A DNA stretch of 64,000 nucleotides. Origin: Clostridia bacterium. Its GTDB lineage: Bacteria > Bacillota > Clostridia > TANB77 > CAG-508. The stretch is taken from the NCBI GenBank assembly GCA_900752335.1, contig CAADUZ010000007.1, positions 29,388 through 93,387 on the forward strand. The letters are read 5' to 3'. Positions 46,804-55,729 of this stretch are shown here, piece by piece. Position 1 is the first letter of the stretch. The number at the start of each line of letters is the position of its first letter. The position numbers were made by a program, and so were the translations under genes. The notes below the pieces were generated by a model. The model ran no database searches. It worked only from the letters and a program-made list of their open reading frames with translations, and was not told the origin of the DNA.

Positions 46804-49602
46804 TTATTCTTCGTCTTTAGAAGTATTTATTTTAAATAATTTAAATATTTCAACTATTACTAATGGTAATAACACAAGTCCAACTATTTCAAGTACATTA
46901 TTCATTGGTAGTATTGGAATGCTGAATAAATGTCTTAAAGCCGGTACGAATAATATTACTAACATAAGTGCTGCTGAAATCGCTATAGCTCCAAGTAATA
47001 CTTTGTTATTAAATGGATGCGTTTTGAATATTGATTTTTTGTTGTTTCTAATATTAAATACATGTACTAATTCTGAAAATGCTAATGTTACAAATGCCAT
47101 TGTTTGGCCAATTTCTACTTTTACTTCTTGTTTTTCTACCATTTCTGCACCATTAGCTAATGCTTCTTCCAAGTTTTCCACTTCACTTACAGCATATATT
47201 CCATTATCTATTCTAACCATTTCTGTAAGTTGGTTGTCTGGTGTAGCAAGCCCGATAATAAATGCAGCAAGAGTAAGAAGTCCTATCATGAATCCCTGGT
47301 ACACCACTCTCCAAGTCATTCCTTTTGTAAATATACCCTTTTGCTTTTTAGGCTTTCTTTGCATAACGTCATCTTCTGCTGGGTCTACTGCCAATGCTAA
47401 AGCAGGAAGTGAGTCTGTAACTAGGTTTATCCATAGTATATGAATTGGAAGTAATACTTCTATTAAGTTTATATCTATGCCAAATGTACTTCCAAGCCAT
47501 GGTGTAATTAATATTGCTATAAATAGTGTTACTATTTCGCCAACATTGCTTGATAACAAAAATTGTATTGCTTTCAAAATGTTATCATAAATACGTCTTC
47601 CTTCTTCTACAGAAGATACTATTGTTGCAAAATTATCGTCTGTTAGTATTACGTCTGCAGCTTCTTTTGATACGTCTGTTCCAACTATTCCCATTGCACA
47701 GCCAATATCTGCTGTTTTTAATGCTGGTGCATCATTTACACCATCTCCAGTCATAGCAACAATTTCTTCATTTGCTTGCCATGCCTTTACAATACGTACT
47801 TTATGCTCTGGTGACACTCTTGCATATACTGAATATTGTCTAATGTTTTTAGTTAGGTCTTCGTCAGACATTTCTTCAAGTTCTGTTCCTGTTATAGCTT
47901 CATTTTCATTTTCTAATATGCCAAGTGCTTTTGCTATTGCAACTGCTGTGATTTTGTGGTCACCTGTAATCATTACAGTTTTAATACCTGCTGTTTTACA
48001 TTTTTCTACTGCCAATTTTACTTCTTCTCTTGGTGGGTCTATCATACCAACCATACCAACAAATATTAAATCATTTTCTATATTTTTCATTTCCTCATCT
48101 GTTGGTTCGTGGTCAAGTTCCTTGTATGCCATTGCTAATACTCTTAAAGCATCTTGTGCCATTTCTGTATTGTATTTAGTTATCGTTTCTCTATACTCAC
48201 TTAAATTGTTCTTTATCTCTCCATCTAGTTCATAACGCGTACATTTTGCTAAAAGCTCGTCTATTCCACCTTTTGTATATGCTATATATTTATCTCCAAC
48301 TTTGTTTACTGTAGTCATAAGCTTTCTGTCTGAATCAAATGGATATTCTTTTATTCTTTGTAATTTCAAAGCATTGTTTACGTCAAACTTAATTTTGAAG
48401 CCTAAATCAATTAATGCAGTTTCTGTTGGATCCCCTGTCAAATTGTTGTTTTCACCTATTTTAGTATCATTACACAATGTTACTGTATACATTAATTTTT
48501 CTAAAGAATTTTCTACGTTTGATATATCTTCTACATTAACTAATTTATTATCTGCAAATACTTTTTGTACAGTCATTTTATTTTGTGTTAGTGTTCCTGT
48601 TTTATCAGAACATATAACTGTTGCACTACCCAAAGTTTCTACTGCAGGAAGTTTTTTGATTATGGCATTTTTCTTTACCATTCTTTGAACACCAATAGCT
48701 AAAACTATTGTAGATACAGCCGCTAGCCCCTCTGGAATTGCTGCAACAGCTAGACTTACTGCTGTCATAAACATATCTATTATGTCTTTTCCATAAGCAA
48801 TACCTATAATAAATATTACTATACATATTGCTAAAGCTGCTATACCAAGTGTTTTACCAAGTTTGTTTAACTTTATTTGAAGTGGTGTTGCACTACCAAC
48901 CGTGTCATTTATAATTGTTGCAATTTTTCCAACTTCTGTATTCATACCAGTTTCTACAACTATACCTTTTCCTCTTCCATAAGTGATAAGTGAAGAAGAA
49001 AATAGCATATTGGTTCTATCTCCAATACCAACTTTTTCGTCAGATATAGCTTCAGAATTCTTATCTACTGGTACAGATTCTCCTGTAAGTGAAGATTCTT
49101 GAGATTTTAAATTTACACCTTCAACTATCCTCAAATCTGCCGGTACATAATCTCCTGTATCTAAAACTACTATATCTCCTGGTACAAGCTCTCTTGAAGC
49201 CACAACTTCTACTTTGCCATTACGCACAACCTTCGCCACATGTGAGCTTAACTTTTGAAGAGCCTCTAAAGATTTTTCTGCTTTACTTTCTTGTACCACA
49301 CCTATTATTGCATTTACAATTACGACTATTAAAATAATAATTGAATCTGTTATACCTTCGCCTTCCATGTATCCAACTATTCCAGATACTATGGCTGCAA
49401 TGATTAGGACAATAATCATAAAATCTTTAAACTGTTCTAAAAACTTTACAAATAAACTCTTTTTCTTTTTGGCTTTTAGTTCGTTATAGCCAAACTCTTT
49501 CCTTTTTTCTTCTACTTCATCTTTGGTTAATCCCTGCTGTAAATTCGTTTTAAGTTCTTTTTCAACTTCGTTTGTTTCTTTGTTAAACCAATTTTTTTCC
49601 AA
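46804..49602 (-). CDS. P-type cation-transporting ATPase, Ca2+-ATPase (P2A/LMCA1-like) family; the riboswitch context suggests Mn2+/Ca2+ efflux
   Basis: 932 aa with DKTGTLT, TGES, MITGDH and TGDGVNDAPAL. N-terminal GLTKDEVEEKRKEFGYNEL is typical of Ca-ATPases. Confidence 0.92.
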   Translation of the reverse strand: MEKNWFNKETNEVEKELKTNLQQGLTKDEVEEKRKEFGYNELKAKKKKSLFVKFLEQFKDFMIIVLIIAAIVSGIVGYMEGEGITDSIIILIVVIVNAIIGVVQESKAEKSLEALQKLSSHVAKVVRNGKVEVVASRELVPGDIVVLDTGDYVPADLRIVEGVNLKSQESSLTGESVPVDKNSEAISDEKVGIGDRTNMLFSSSLITYGRGKGIVVETGMNTEVGKIATIINDTVGSATPLQIKLNKLGKTLGIAALAICIVIFIIGIAYGKDIIDMFMTAVSLAVAAIPEGLAAVSTIVLAIGVQRMVKKNAIIKKLPAVETLGSATVICSDKTGTLTQNKMTVQKVFADNKLVNVEDISNVENSLEKLMYTVTLCNDTKIGENNNLTGDPTETALIDLGFKIKFDVNNALKLQRIKEYPFDSDRKLMTTVNKVGDKYIAYTKGGIDELLAKCTRYELDGEIKNNLSEYRETITKYNTEMAQDALRVLAMAYKELDHEPTDEEMKNIENDLIFVGMVGMIDPPREEVKLAVEKCKTAGIKTVMITGDHKITAVAIAKALGILENENEAITGTELEEMSDEDLTKNIRQYSVYARVSPEHKVRIVKAWQANEEIVAMTGDGVNDAPALKTADIGCAMGIVGTDVSKEAADVILTDDNFATIVSSVEEGRRIYDNILKAIQFLLSSNVGEIVTLFIAILITPWLGSTFGIDINLIEVLLPIHILWINLVTDSLPALALAVDPAEDDVMQRKPKKQKGIFTKGMTWRVVYQGFMIGLLTLAAFIIGLATPDNQLTEMVRIDNGIYAVSEVENLEEALANGAEMVEKQEVKVEIGQTMAFVTLAFSELVHVFNIRNNKKSIFKTHPFNNKVLLGAIAISAALMLVILFVPALRHLFSIPILPMNNVLEIVGLVLLPLVIVEIFKLFKINTSKDEE

Positions 49603-49689
49603 AATAATCTCTCCTCTTAAAATTATTTAAGTAAAAACTTTTTCTTTTATTTTCTGCATACATGGAATAATTATACAATTAAAATGGAA

Positions 49690-49828
49690 TAAATAAAGGA
49701 CTTTTTTAATTTATATATAATTTTTTAATATATATAAACTAAAAAAGTCTTGCTTACCTAAAACAATTTAGGCTATTAACCATTTTATGTGCTGTTGATT
49801 AATAATTAACCAAGCTACTCCCTTTTTT
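49690..49828 (-). promoter_or_regulatory. yybP-ykoY (Mn2+) riboswitch with terminator expression platform
   Basis: Minus-strand RNA: AAAAAAGGGAGUAGCUUGG...UCAACAGCACAUA...GGUAAGCAAGACUUUUUU (aptamer 49828-49741). It matches the conserved GGGGAGUAGC / UUGACAUA / UUAGCAAGAC blocks. The 3' P1 strand is shared with a long A/U-rich terminator hairpin (49750-49698) followed by a U-tract. Confidence 0.72.
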
Positions 49829-49840
49829 ACATGTTTACTA

Positions 49841-49868
49841 ATTATATTACATATAATTTATTTGTCAA
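49841..49868 (-). promoter_or_regulatory. Putative sigma-A promoter of the riboswitch-ATPase transcript
   Basis: TTGACA-16 nt-TATAAT on the minus strand, just downstream of the yqeY stop. Confidence 0.5.
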
Positions 49869-49879
49869 GACCTAATGTC

Positions 49880-50320
49880 TTATGATAATAATTTTTTTAC
49901 AGCTTCATTTATAGTCTTGCCGTCTGATGCTGCACCTATCTTTTCCTTTGCTGCTTTCATTACTTTACCCATATCTTTCATTGAAGTAGCATTTTCTTCT
50001 TTTATAACCTCGGCAACTATTTGCTCTACTTCTTCAGTAGATAATTGCTTTGGTAAATATTCAGCAAGTACACTTATCTCTTCTTTTATTTCATTTATTA
50101 AATCTTCTCTACCACTTTTTTCATAATCTACTAGAGAGTCTTTTCTCTTTTTAGATTCTTTTGCAATAATTTCAATTATTTGATTATCGTCTAATGTGAT
50201 TTGCTTATCTTTTTCTACTTGTAAGATAGCAGCTCTTACCATTTGTACAACATTTTTTCTAACCACATTTTTATCTTTCATACAATTTTTTAAATCTTCT
50301 AATAACTTTTCTTTTAACAT
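49880..50320 (-). CDS. yqeY: GatB/YqeY domain protein
   Basis: 146 aa with L..DLK.AMK.KD..R...(V/L)(R/Q)M.R.AI...E..K and an EYLPKQLS block. Confidence 0.88.
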   Translation of the reverse strand: MLKEKLLEDLKNCMKDKNVVRKNVVQMVRAAILQVEKDKQITLDDNQIIEIIAKESKKRKDSLVDYEKSGREDLINEIKEEISVLAEYLPKQLSTEEVEQIVAEVIKEENATSMKDMGKVMKAAKEKIGAASDGKTINEAVKKLLS

Positions 50321-50468
50321 AAAAATCTCTCCTTTATAGTAATATTTTTATTACTTACAAGTATAATTATATAGCAGTTACCTGTTTATTTCAACCTTTT
50401 TTTATTTGTATTTTACTTTTTTATTTATGCACAGCAAAAAATATTTATGAAAATTTTTGATAAATATA

Positions 50469-50497
50469 TTGACAAAGTTTTATAAACAGGTTATAAT
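50469..50497 (+). promoter_or_regulatory. Sigma-A promoter for tRNA-Gly
   Basis: Consensus TTGACA-17 nt-TATAAT, about 30 nt upstream of the tRNA 5' end. Confidence 0.6.
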
Positions 50498-50526
50498 AAT
50501 AACTGTTCCGCAAATAAAGGAATAAT

Positions 50527-50600
<74 letters not shown>

Positions 50601-50610
50601 ACTTACTGCA

Positions 50611-50652
50611 CCACTGAAAGTAGAGAGTTATCTCAATTTCAGTGGTCTTTTT
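50611..50652 (+). terminator. Intrinsic terminator after tRNA-Gly
   Basis: CCACTGAAA...TTTCAGTGG followed by TCTTTTTT. Confidence 0.7.
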
Positions 50653-50711
50653 TATATTGCTACAGCAAAAAAACCATCCAGTATCAAATCTGGATGGTTT
50701 TACTGGTTATG

Positions 50712-50996
50712 TCACTTTCTCCATACGTCCTTTTGAATTTCTGCAATAGCCTCTGGCAGATACACAGTAAGTGTATCTTTTGAAATCTCATAGCGACCTG
50801 TGAGATTTATTTTAATCAGTGCTCTTGCATAGGTTTCAAGCTGATCCATATATACTTCTAAAAATTCCGGATCAGTTTCGGTTACATGAAGCTTTAGAAC
50901 ATTGCCTGCAGTAGGCTCAACCAGTTTAACGGGAATATCATCGTTTTCTTCAATGTATTTCCGCTGCTGTCTTCTTTTGTACGAATCCTTTCCCAT
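50712..50996 (-). CDS. Hypothetical protein (94 aa), GC-richer than its surroundings
   Basis: Intact ORF with its own terminator (AACCATCCAG...CTGGATGGTTTTTTT on the minus strand). No family recognised. Confidence 0.55.
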   Translation of the reverse strand: MGKDSYKRRQQRKYIEENDDIPVKLVEPTAGNVLKLHVTETDPEFLEVYMDQLETYARALIKINLTGRYEISKDTLTVYLPEAIAEIQKDVWRK

Positions 50997-51155
50997 TCGT
51001 TTTTCCTCCTTAATTATGTTGGAAAATTTTATTGCAACAAAAAGTTACATATTCAATTATATCACAATTTATGTAAAAATAAAAGATATTGTTGTTATGC
51101 TTTATACTTCTTTAAACTATTTTTATTTTCTTTTTCTAATTGTTTTAGACTCTTT

Positions 51156-51941
51156 TTAGGTGTTGGAAGATTTTCTGGCATAGTTCCGACCAGCTTCTTT
51201 GATAGCTTTTCTAACTATTTTTCCAATTTTATTATGAGTATCACAAGCTTTCTTTTCAGTATCAACTTTATCTCTTTTTAATCTTTGTTCCGTTTGAGAA
51301 ATTCTAAATAAATTTGCTATAAGTTCATCACTTCCCATATTATCTAAAATATCTTCTCTATACCTTAATCCTTTTCTTTTAGCAATATCATCAGCAGTTT
51401 CTCCATTATATAAGCCTTTATAACCAGCATTATGAAATTTATCAAAATTTTTAACACCTGCATTTTTAGCAGTTTGATTAAGTGAGTAATTCCCTTTTCT
51501 TGTTAAATCTCTTTGATAAAATCTTTTCTCATCTTCTGTTAGCATACTATATTCTTTTTCATTAATTTCTTGTTTTCTTGTTTGAACTGCAAAATATGTT
51601 TGAGCAAGAGCTACAATTTTTAATCTTGGATTTGCATTTTGAGCTATGAGATAACAAGCATATCGTGTTAACTTATAATCCTTTTGTTCTCTTTTCGCAC
51701 CAGACCCTATTTCTACCATTTTGTTGACAACAACGAAATGGTCAATGTCATTAATTTCAGAGTTTTGACAAGCTATCCTTGCTTTTTTTATTACTGCATC
51801 AAAATATCTCCAATCTTTATAACTTAAAACTTTCATTAATTCTCTAGCATACCAAAATTCAATTCCATTTTCGTCAATATGTTTTATATTCTCAAATGAT
51901 TTATTGTTCCTATCTATCTTTATCAATGATATCAGCTCCAT
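51156..51941 (-). CDS. dinD: DNA-damage-inducible protein D (DinD) family protein
   Basis: 261 aa. FENIKHIDENGIEFWYARELMKVLSYKDWRYFDAVIKKA matches the DinD N-terminus as I recall it from E. coli DinD. Confidence 0.75.
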   Translation of the reverse strand: MELISLIKIDRNNKSFENIKHIDENGIEFWYARELMKVLSYKDWRYFDAVIKKARIACQNSEINDIDHFVVVNKMVEIGSGAKREQKDYKLTRYACYLIAQNANPRLKIVALAQTYFAVQTRKQEINEKEYSMLTEDEKRFYQRDLTRKGNYSLNQTAKNAGVKNFDKFHNAGYKGLYNGETADDIAKRKGLRYREDILDNMGSDELIANLFRISQTEQRLKRDKVDTEKKACDTHNKIGKIVRKAIKEAGRNYARKSSNT

Positions 51942-52255
51942 TCACAATATTTTTCTTATACCAAACGTATTATAAAACATTAGTTCGCAAAAGTCAATTA
52001 AGATTTTCTTTTTTATTTTTTAGTTTTGAACAAGAAAGCTAGTAATATCAAATACTAGCTTTTTTATATTAAAAATATTTTAATGTAAATTTTTTTAGAG
52101 TTTTAATGTAATTTTAATGTAGTTTTTTCATAATTTTAAGAATTTTTAAGGGTTTTTAAAAAGTTCAAAAATATCTTCAATGTCAGAAAGCCTTGATTTT
52201 TCAATGCTTTAGTAATTTTAAGAAGCTTTAAAAAGTTTTAAAAATATAAATTCTT

Positions 52256-52329
<74 letters not shown>

Positions 52330-52430
52330 ATAATAATATTAGTATATCATTTTACTATTTAATTGTCTAGATTTTATCTCATATCTGTAAAAATAAAACA
52401 AAAAAGCGGAGTCTCCTCCGCCCAAAAGTA

Positions 52431-52841
52431 TTATCGTACTTTTAAATAATAGTCGCAATATTCAAATTTGAAACTTACTGTTTTGTTTTGTGAAAGCTCC
52501 ATCCCATAAACATACCTCTCATAATCGCTCCGCAACCTTTTTTCTTCTGCTCCTGTAACCCATTTTCCTGTATAGGTTTTTGTGTAGCATTCCGCTTGGT
52601 TTACACGATAGACGCTGCAGGAGCCATCTTGTTGGTATGTTTTTATAGATACTCGTAAAATGCAATTTGCATTTTTTAGCGGGACTTCACGTACCTCTCT
52701 AAAACCTAATGCCTGAATCAATTTAAAAGCTTTGGCCTTTAGGCTGTCAAAAGATACCTTTTCCTGCTCTTTGATGGGTTTTATAGAAAAGCTGCCACAA
52801 CTGATACACCGTAATTTTTCTTTTTTAGTTTTGCTAAACAT
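52431..52841 (-). CDS. Hypothetical protein (136 aa), GC-richer than its surroundings
   Basis: Intact ORF with an N-terminal CxxC (CISCGS). Followed by terminator GCGGAGGAGACTCCGCTTTTTT on the minus strand. No family recognised. Confidence 0.55.
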   Translation of the reverse strand: MFSKTKKEKLRCISCGSFSIKPIKEQEKVSFDSLKAKAFKLIQALGFREVREVPLKNANCILRVSIKTYQQDGSCSVYRVNQAECYTKTYTGKWVTGAEEKRLRSDYERYVYGMELSQNKTVSFKFEYCDYYLKVR

Positions 52842-53003
52842 ATTATTTACCTCCCAATATAAATTATTAAACTGGAAAAAAAAACATTCGAATCAAATTC
52901 GAGTATACATAATTTTATCACATTGTTGCAGTATAGTCAATTTTTTCAAATTTTGACTTGCATAAATTTATTTTTTGTGGTAGTATATAAAAGTAAACTT
53001 CAT

Positions 53004-53079
53004 AGGGGTATAGTGTCAATGGTTAGCACGATGGTCTCCAAAACCACAAGTCTGAGTTCGAGTCTTAGTACCCCTGCCA
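53004..53079 (+). tRNA. tRNA-Trp (anticodon CCA)
   Basis: AGGGGTATAGTGTCAATGGTTAGCACGATGGTCTCCAAAACCACAAGTCTGAGTTCGAGTCTTAGTACCCCTGCCA, with loop CUCCAAA. CCA is encoded. Confidence 0.88.
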
Positions 53080-53086
53080 TACCATT

Positions 53087-53118
53087 GAATGTACAATTTT
53101 TAGGATTGTACATTTTTT
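53087..53118 (+). terminator. Intrinsic terminator after tRNA-Trp
   Basis: AATGTACAAT...ATTGTACATT followed by TTTT. Confidence 0.7.
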
Positions 53119-53155
53119 GTTAGAATAATAAATGTAGTAATAAAAGGGTGTTCTT

Positions 53156-53722
53156 ATGAAAAACAAAGAAAATAGAAGTAATGATAGTAACAATAACAAA
53201 TTGGAAAAAGTTAAACAAAAAAATCTTAAAACTAAAGATAATTCTGCTAAAGACAAAAGCAGCCTAAAAGAAAATTCTTTTGTAAAAAAGTTACTAGCTA
53301 ATAAGTTCTTATCTAAAGTTCTTACAAAAGAAGTTATATTATATATTTTATTTGGCTTGTTAACTACAGCAATAAATGTTGGTACATTTACTTTACTTAC
53401 ATATTGCTTCCATGTAGAAGAAAATTTAGCTAATAATATAGGTATCGTTCTTGCTGTACTTTTTGCATATGTAACTAATAAAGATTTGGTTTTTCATTCA
53501 GAAGCACAAGGTTTTGGAGAAAAATTTATTGAGTTTTGCAGATTTATTTTAGGTAGATTATTTACAATGTTTGTAGAATCTATTGGAGGTTCTTTAATGT
53601 TTAAATACCTTCCTATTCCAGTTATCATTAGCAAATGTATAATTACTATAGTTGTTATTATATTAAATTTCTTTATAAGTAAGTTTTTCGCTTTTAAAAC
53701 TTCAAATAAAGAAAATAAGTAA
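53156..53722 (+). CDS. GtrA-family membrane protein with a K/N/S-rich N-terminal extension
   Basis: 188 aa with four TM segments in the GtrA arrangement (ILFGLLTTAINVGTFTLL...). The first ~45 aa are low complexity. Confidence 0.75.
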   Translation: MKNKENRSNDSNNNKLEKVKQKNLKTKDNSAKDKSSLKENSFVKKLLANKFLSKVLTKEVILYILFGLLTTAINVGTFTLLTYCFHVEENLANNIGIVLAVLFAYVTNKDLVFHSEAQGFGEKFIEFCRFILGRLFTMFVESIGGSLMFKYLPIPVIISKCIITIVVIILNFFISKFFAFKTSNKENK

Positions 53723-53770
53723 TAATTTAAAATATTTCGGGGGCTATTAGAATATAAAGGAGTTTTTTGC

Positions 53771-54365
53771 ATGTCTAATAGCTTTTTTTCTTTTAAAATT
53801 TTAAGTATATTCATTATTTTTCTTACAGTATTTATTTCTGTATTTTTTATCCCAATGTTCCCAGACGAATTTGCTTCATACTCGGCTAAAGAATTCATAT
53901 CTGTAGATATAAGCTCTTCTGGGCTTGCTTGGCCATCTCCAGGATATACCACTATTAATTCATATTTTGGATATAGAACCTCACCTACTGCAGGTGCTTC
54001 TTCATATCATTCTGGGTTAGATATCGGTGCACCAGAAGGTAGTAAATTAATTGCTGTAACTTCTGGCGAAATTACTTTTGCAAGCTTTCTTGGTGGTGGT
54101 GGCTATACTATAACTTTAACTTCTGGAAATATTAAATTTACCTATTGCCATGTTTCCCCAAACTATATTGTAAAAGTTGGAGATAAAGTATCTCAAGGTC
54201 AAGTAATTGGCTATGTTGGTCCTAAAAATGTATATGGCGTAAAGGGGAATCAATATTTCGACGAAAATGGTAACCCCACAAATGGAGCTACAACTCGGTC
54301 CTCATTTACACTTTGGTGTAAGAATAGACGGTGAGTACGTTGATCCTTTAAGCTTGTTTAATTAG
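53771..54365 (+). pseudogene. M23 peptidase interrupted by a 1-nt insertion just before the catalytic HxH motif
   Basis: The track ORF ends ...NGATTRSSFTLWCKNRR*. In the +1 frame the same DNA reads GPHLHFGVRIDGEYVDPLSLFN* (stop at 54363-54365). Removing one base around C54296 (ACT-C-GGT) restores NGATTGPHLHF. HSGLDIG is present upstream. Total length is 595 nt (3n+1). Confidence 0.8.
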
Positions 54366-54438
54366 GTAGTTATAAATAAAACTCATTATTTCTTGTTTTA
54401 TATTATAATAAGTAATTTTTTTCAACTATATTCAAATT

Positions 54439-54570
54439 AGAGAAGCAAGAAAAAATACAAGAGTAATAAATGTCGGTCAAGCTGACTTAAGAAGAAATTA
54501 TAGAAAAAATTTCTATTCTTAATTCACTTTCCATTCCATTTATTACTCTTGCATTTTTTCTTGGTTCTCT
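54439..54570. repeat. Long inverted repeat: 34-bp arms (2 mismatches) separated by 64 nt
   Basis: AGAGAAGCAAGAAAAAATACAAGAGTAATAAATG ... CATTTATTACTCTTGCATTTTTTCTTGGTTCTCT. The spacer is itself partly palindromic (TTAAGAAGAAAT / ATTTCTATTCTTAA). Lies between convergent genes. Confidence 0.7.
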
Positions 54571-54591
54571 ATAATTTACTTTAGCAAAAAC

Positions 54592-55065
54592 TTACATATC
54601 TTCGTCTTCTTTTTTATTATCTTCTATATCGTCTTCGTTTCCGTGACAATGAGAACAATCTCCATTACAACCTTCTTCTTGGTTCCAATCTAGTTCTATA
54701 ATGTTATTGCATTTAGGACATTTTATTTCGTCTTTTTCTTCATCTGCTATATCAGTGGTAAATTCATAATTACAATATGGACAAACTATTTCAAACTCGT
54801 ATGAGTCGTCGTCTTCATAGATATCGCCTTCTATTTCGTCCACCATTGATTGGACACTTTCTATTTTAGAATCTATTTCTTTTTGTTTATCCTCAATTTC
54901 CTTTATTCTTGCATCAGTTAGAATTGTTAATCTATCTATTATATCCATAAAAATAGTAGTTAATTCTATTATTTTTTCTTTTACATATAGTAAATCTTGA
55001 GGGTCTTTAACATTCTGTTCTAAATCCTCTAATATTTTTTTGTATTTACCTTTTATATCAGACAT
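54592..55065 (-). CDS. Coiled-coil / zinc-ribbon protein (CD1247 N-terminal-domain-like), conserved downstream of efp
   Basis: 157 aa with CPYC...CPKC and CNGDCSHCH clusters and an acidic tail. Confidence 0.65.
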   Translation of the reverse strand: MSDIKGKYKKILEDLEQNVKDPQDLLYVKEKIIELTTIFMDIIDRLTILTDARIKEIEDKQKEIDSKIESVQSMVDEIEGDIYEDDDSYEFEIVCPYCNYEFTTDIADEEKDEIKCPKCNNIIELDWNQEEGCNGDCSHCHGNEDDIEDNKKEDEDM

Positions 55066-55081
55066 ATTTCTAGCTTCCTTC

Positions 55082-55648
55082 CTATACTCTTTCCATATAT
55101 TCGCCAGTTCTTGTGTCTATTCTTACAACGTCACCGATATTTACAAATAGTGGAACTGTAAGTTTATATCCATTTTCTAATGTTGCTGGTTTTCCTGAAG
55201 TTGTTGTTGTGTTTCCAGCAAATCCTGGTTCTGTATATGTAACTTCTAATTCAACAAACATTGGTGGTTCTACTGAAAATACATTTCCTTTGAATGATAA
55301 TATTTTTACATTCATATTTTCTTTTAAGAATTTTAAACCATCACCAATTTGCTCTGCATTAAGTGGTATTTGTTCATATGTTTCATTATCCATGAAATAA
55401 TATAATCCACCATCATTATATAAATATTGCATATCTCTTTTTTCTATTTCTGCTCCTGGGAATTTTTCTGATGGGTTAAATGTTTTTTCTAATACTGCTC
55501 CTGTTATAACATTTTTAAGTTTTGTTCTAACAAAAGCTGCTCCCTTTCCTGGTTTTACGTGTTGAAATTCAACTACTTTAAATACGTTTCCATCCATTTC
55601 AAATGTTGTTCCATTTCTAAAATCTCCTGCCATGTATACTTCTGCCAT
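55082..55648 (-). CDS. efp: Elongation factor P
   Basis: 188 aa with [13 protein letters not shown]....[31 protein letters not shown] before ATG 55648. Confidence 0.95.
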   Translation of the reverse strand: MAEVYMAGDFRNGTTFEMDGNVFKVVEFQHVKPGKGAAFVRTKLKNVITGAVLEKTFNPSEKFPGAEIEKRDMQYLYNDGGLYYFMDNETYEQIPLNAEQIGDGLKFLKENMNVKILSFKGNVFSVEPPMFVELEVTYTEPGFAGNTTTTSGKPATLENGYKLTVPLFVNIGDVVRIDTRTGEYMERV

Positions 55649-55729
55649 GTATATTACCCCTTTCTAATTCTAATTAACATAATTTTAACAACAAATATTC
55701 TACCATATATTGCTATTTAAATCAAGTCT

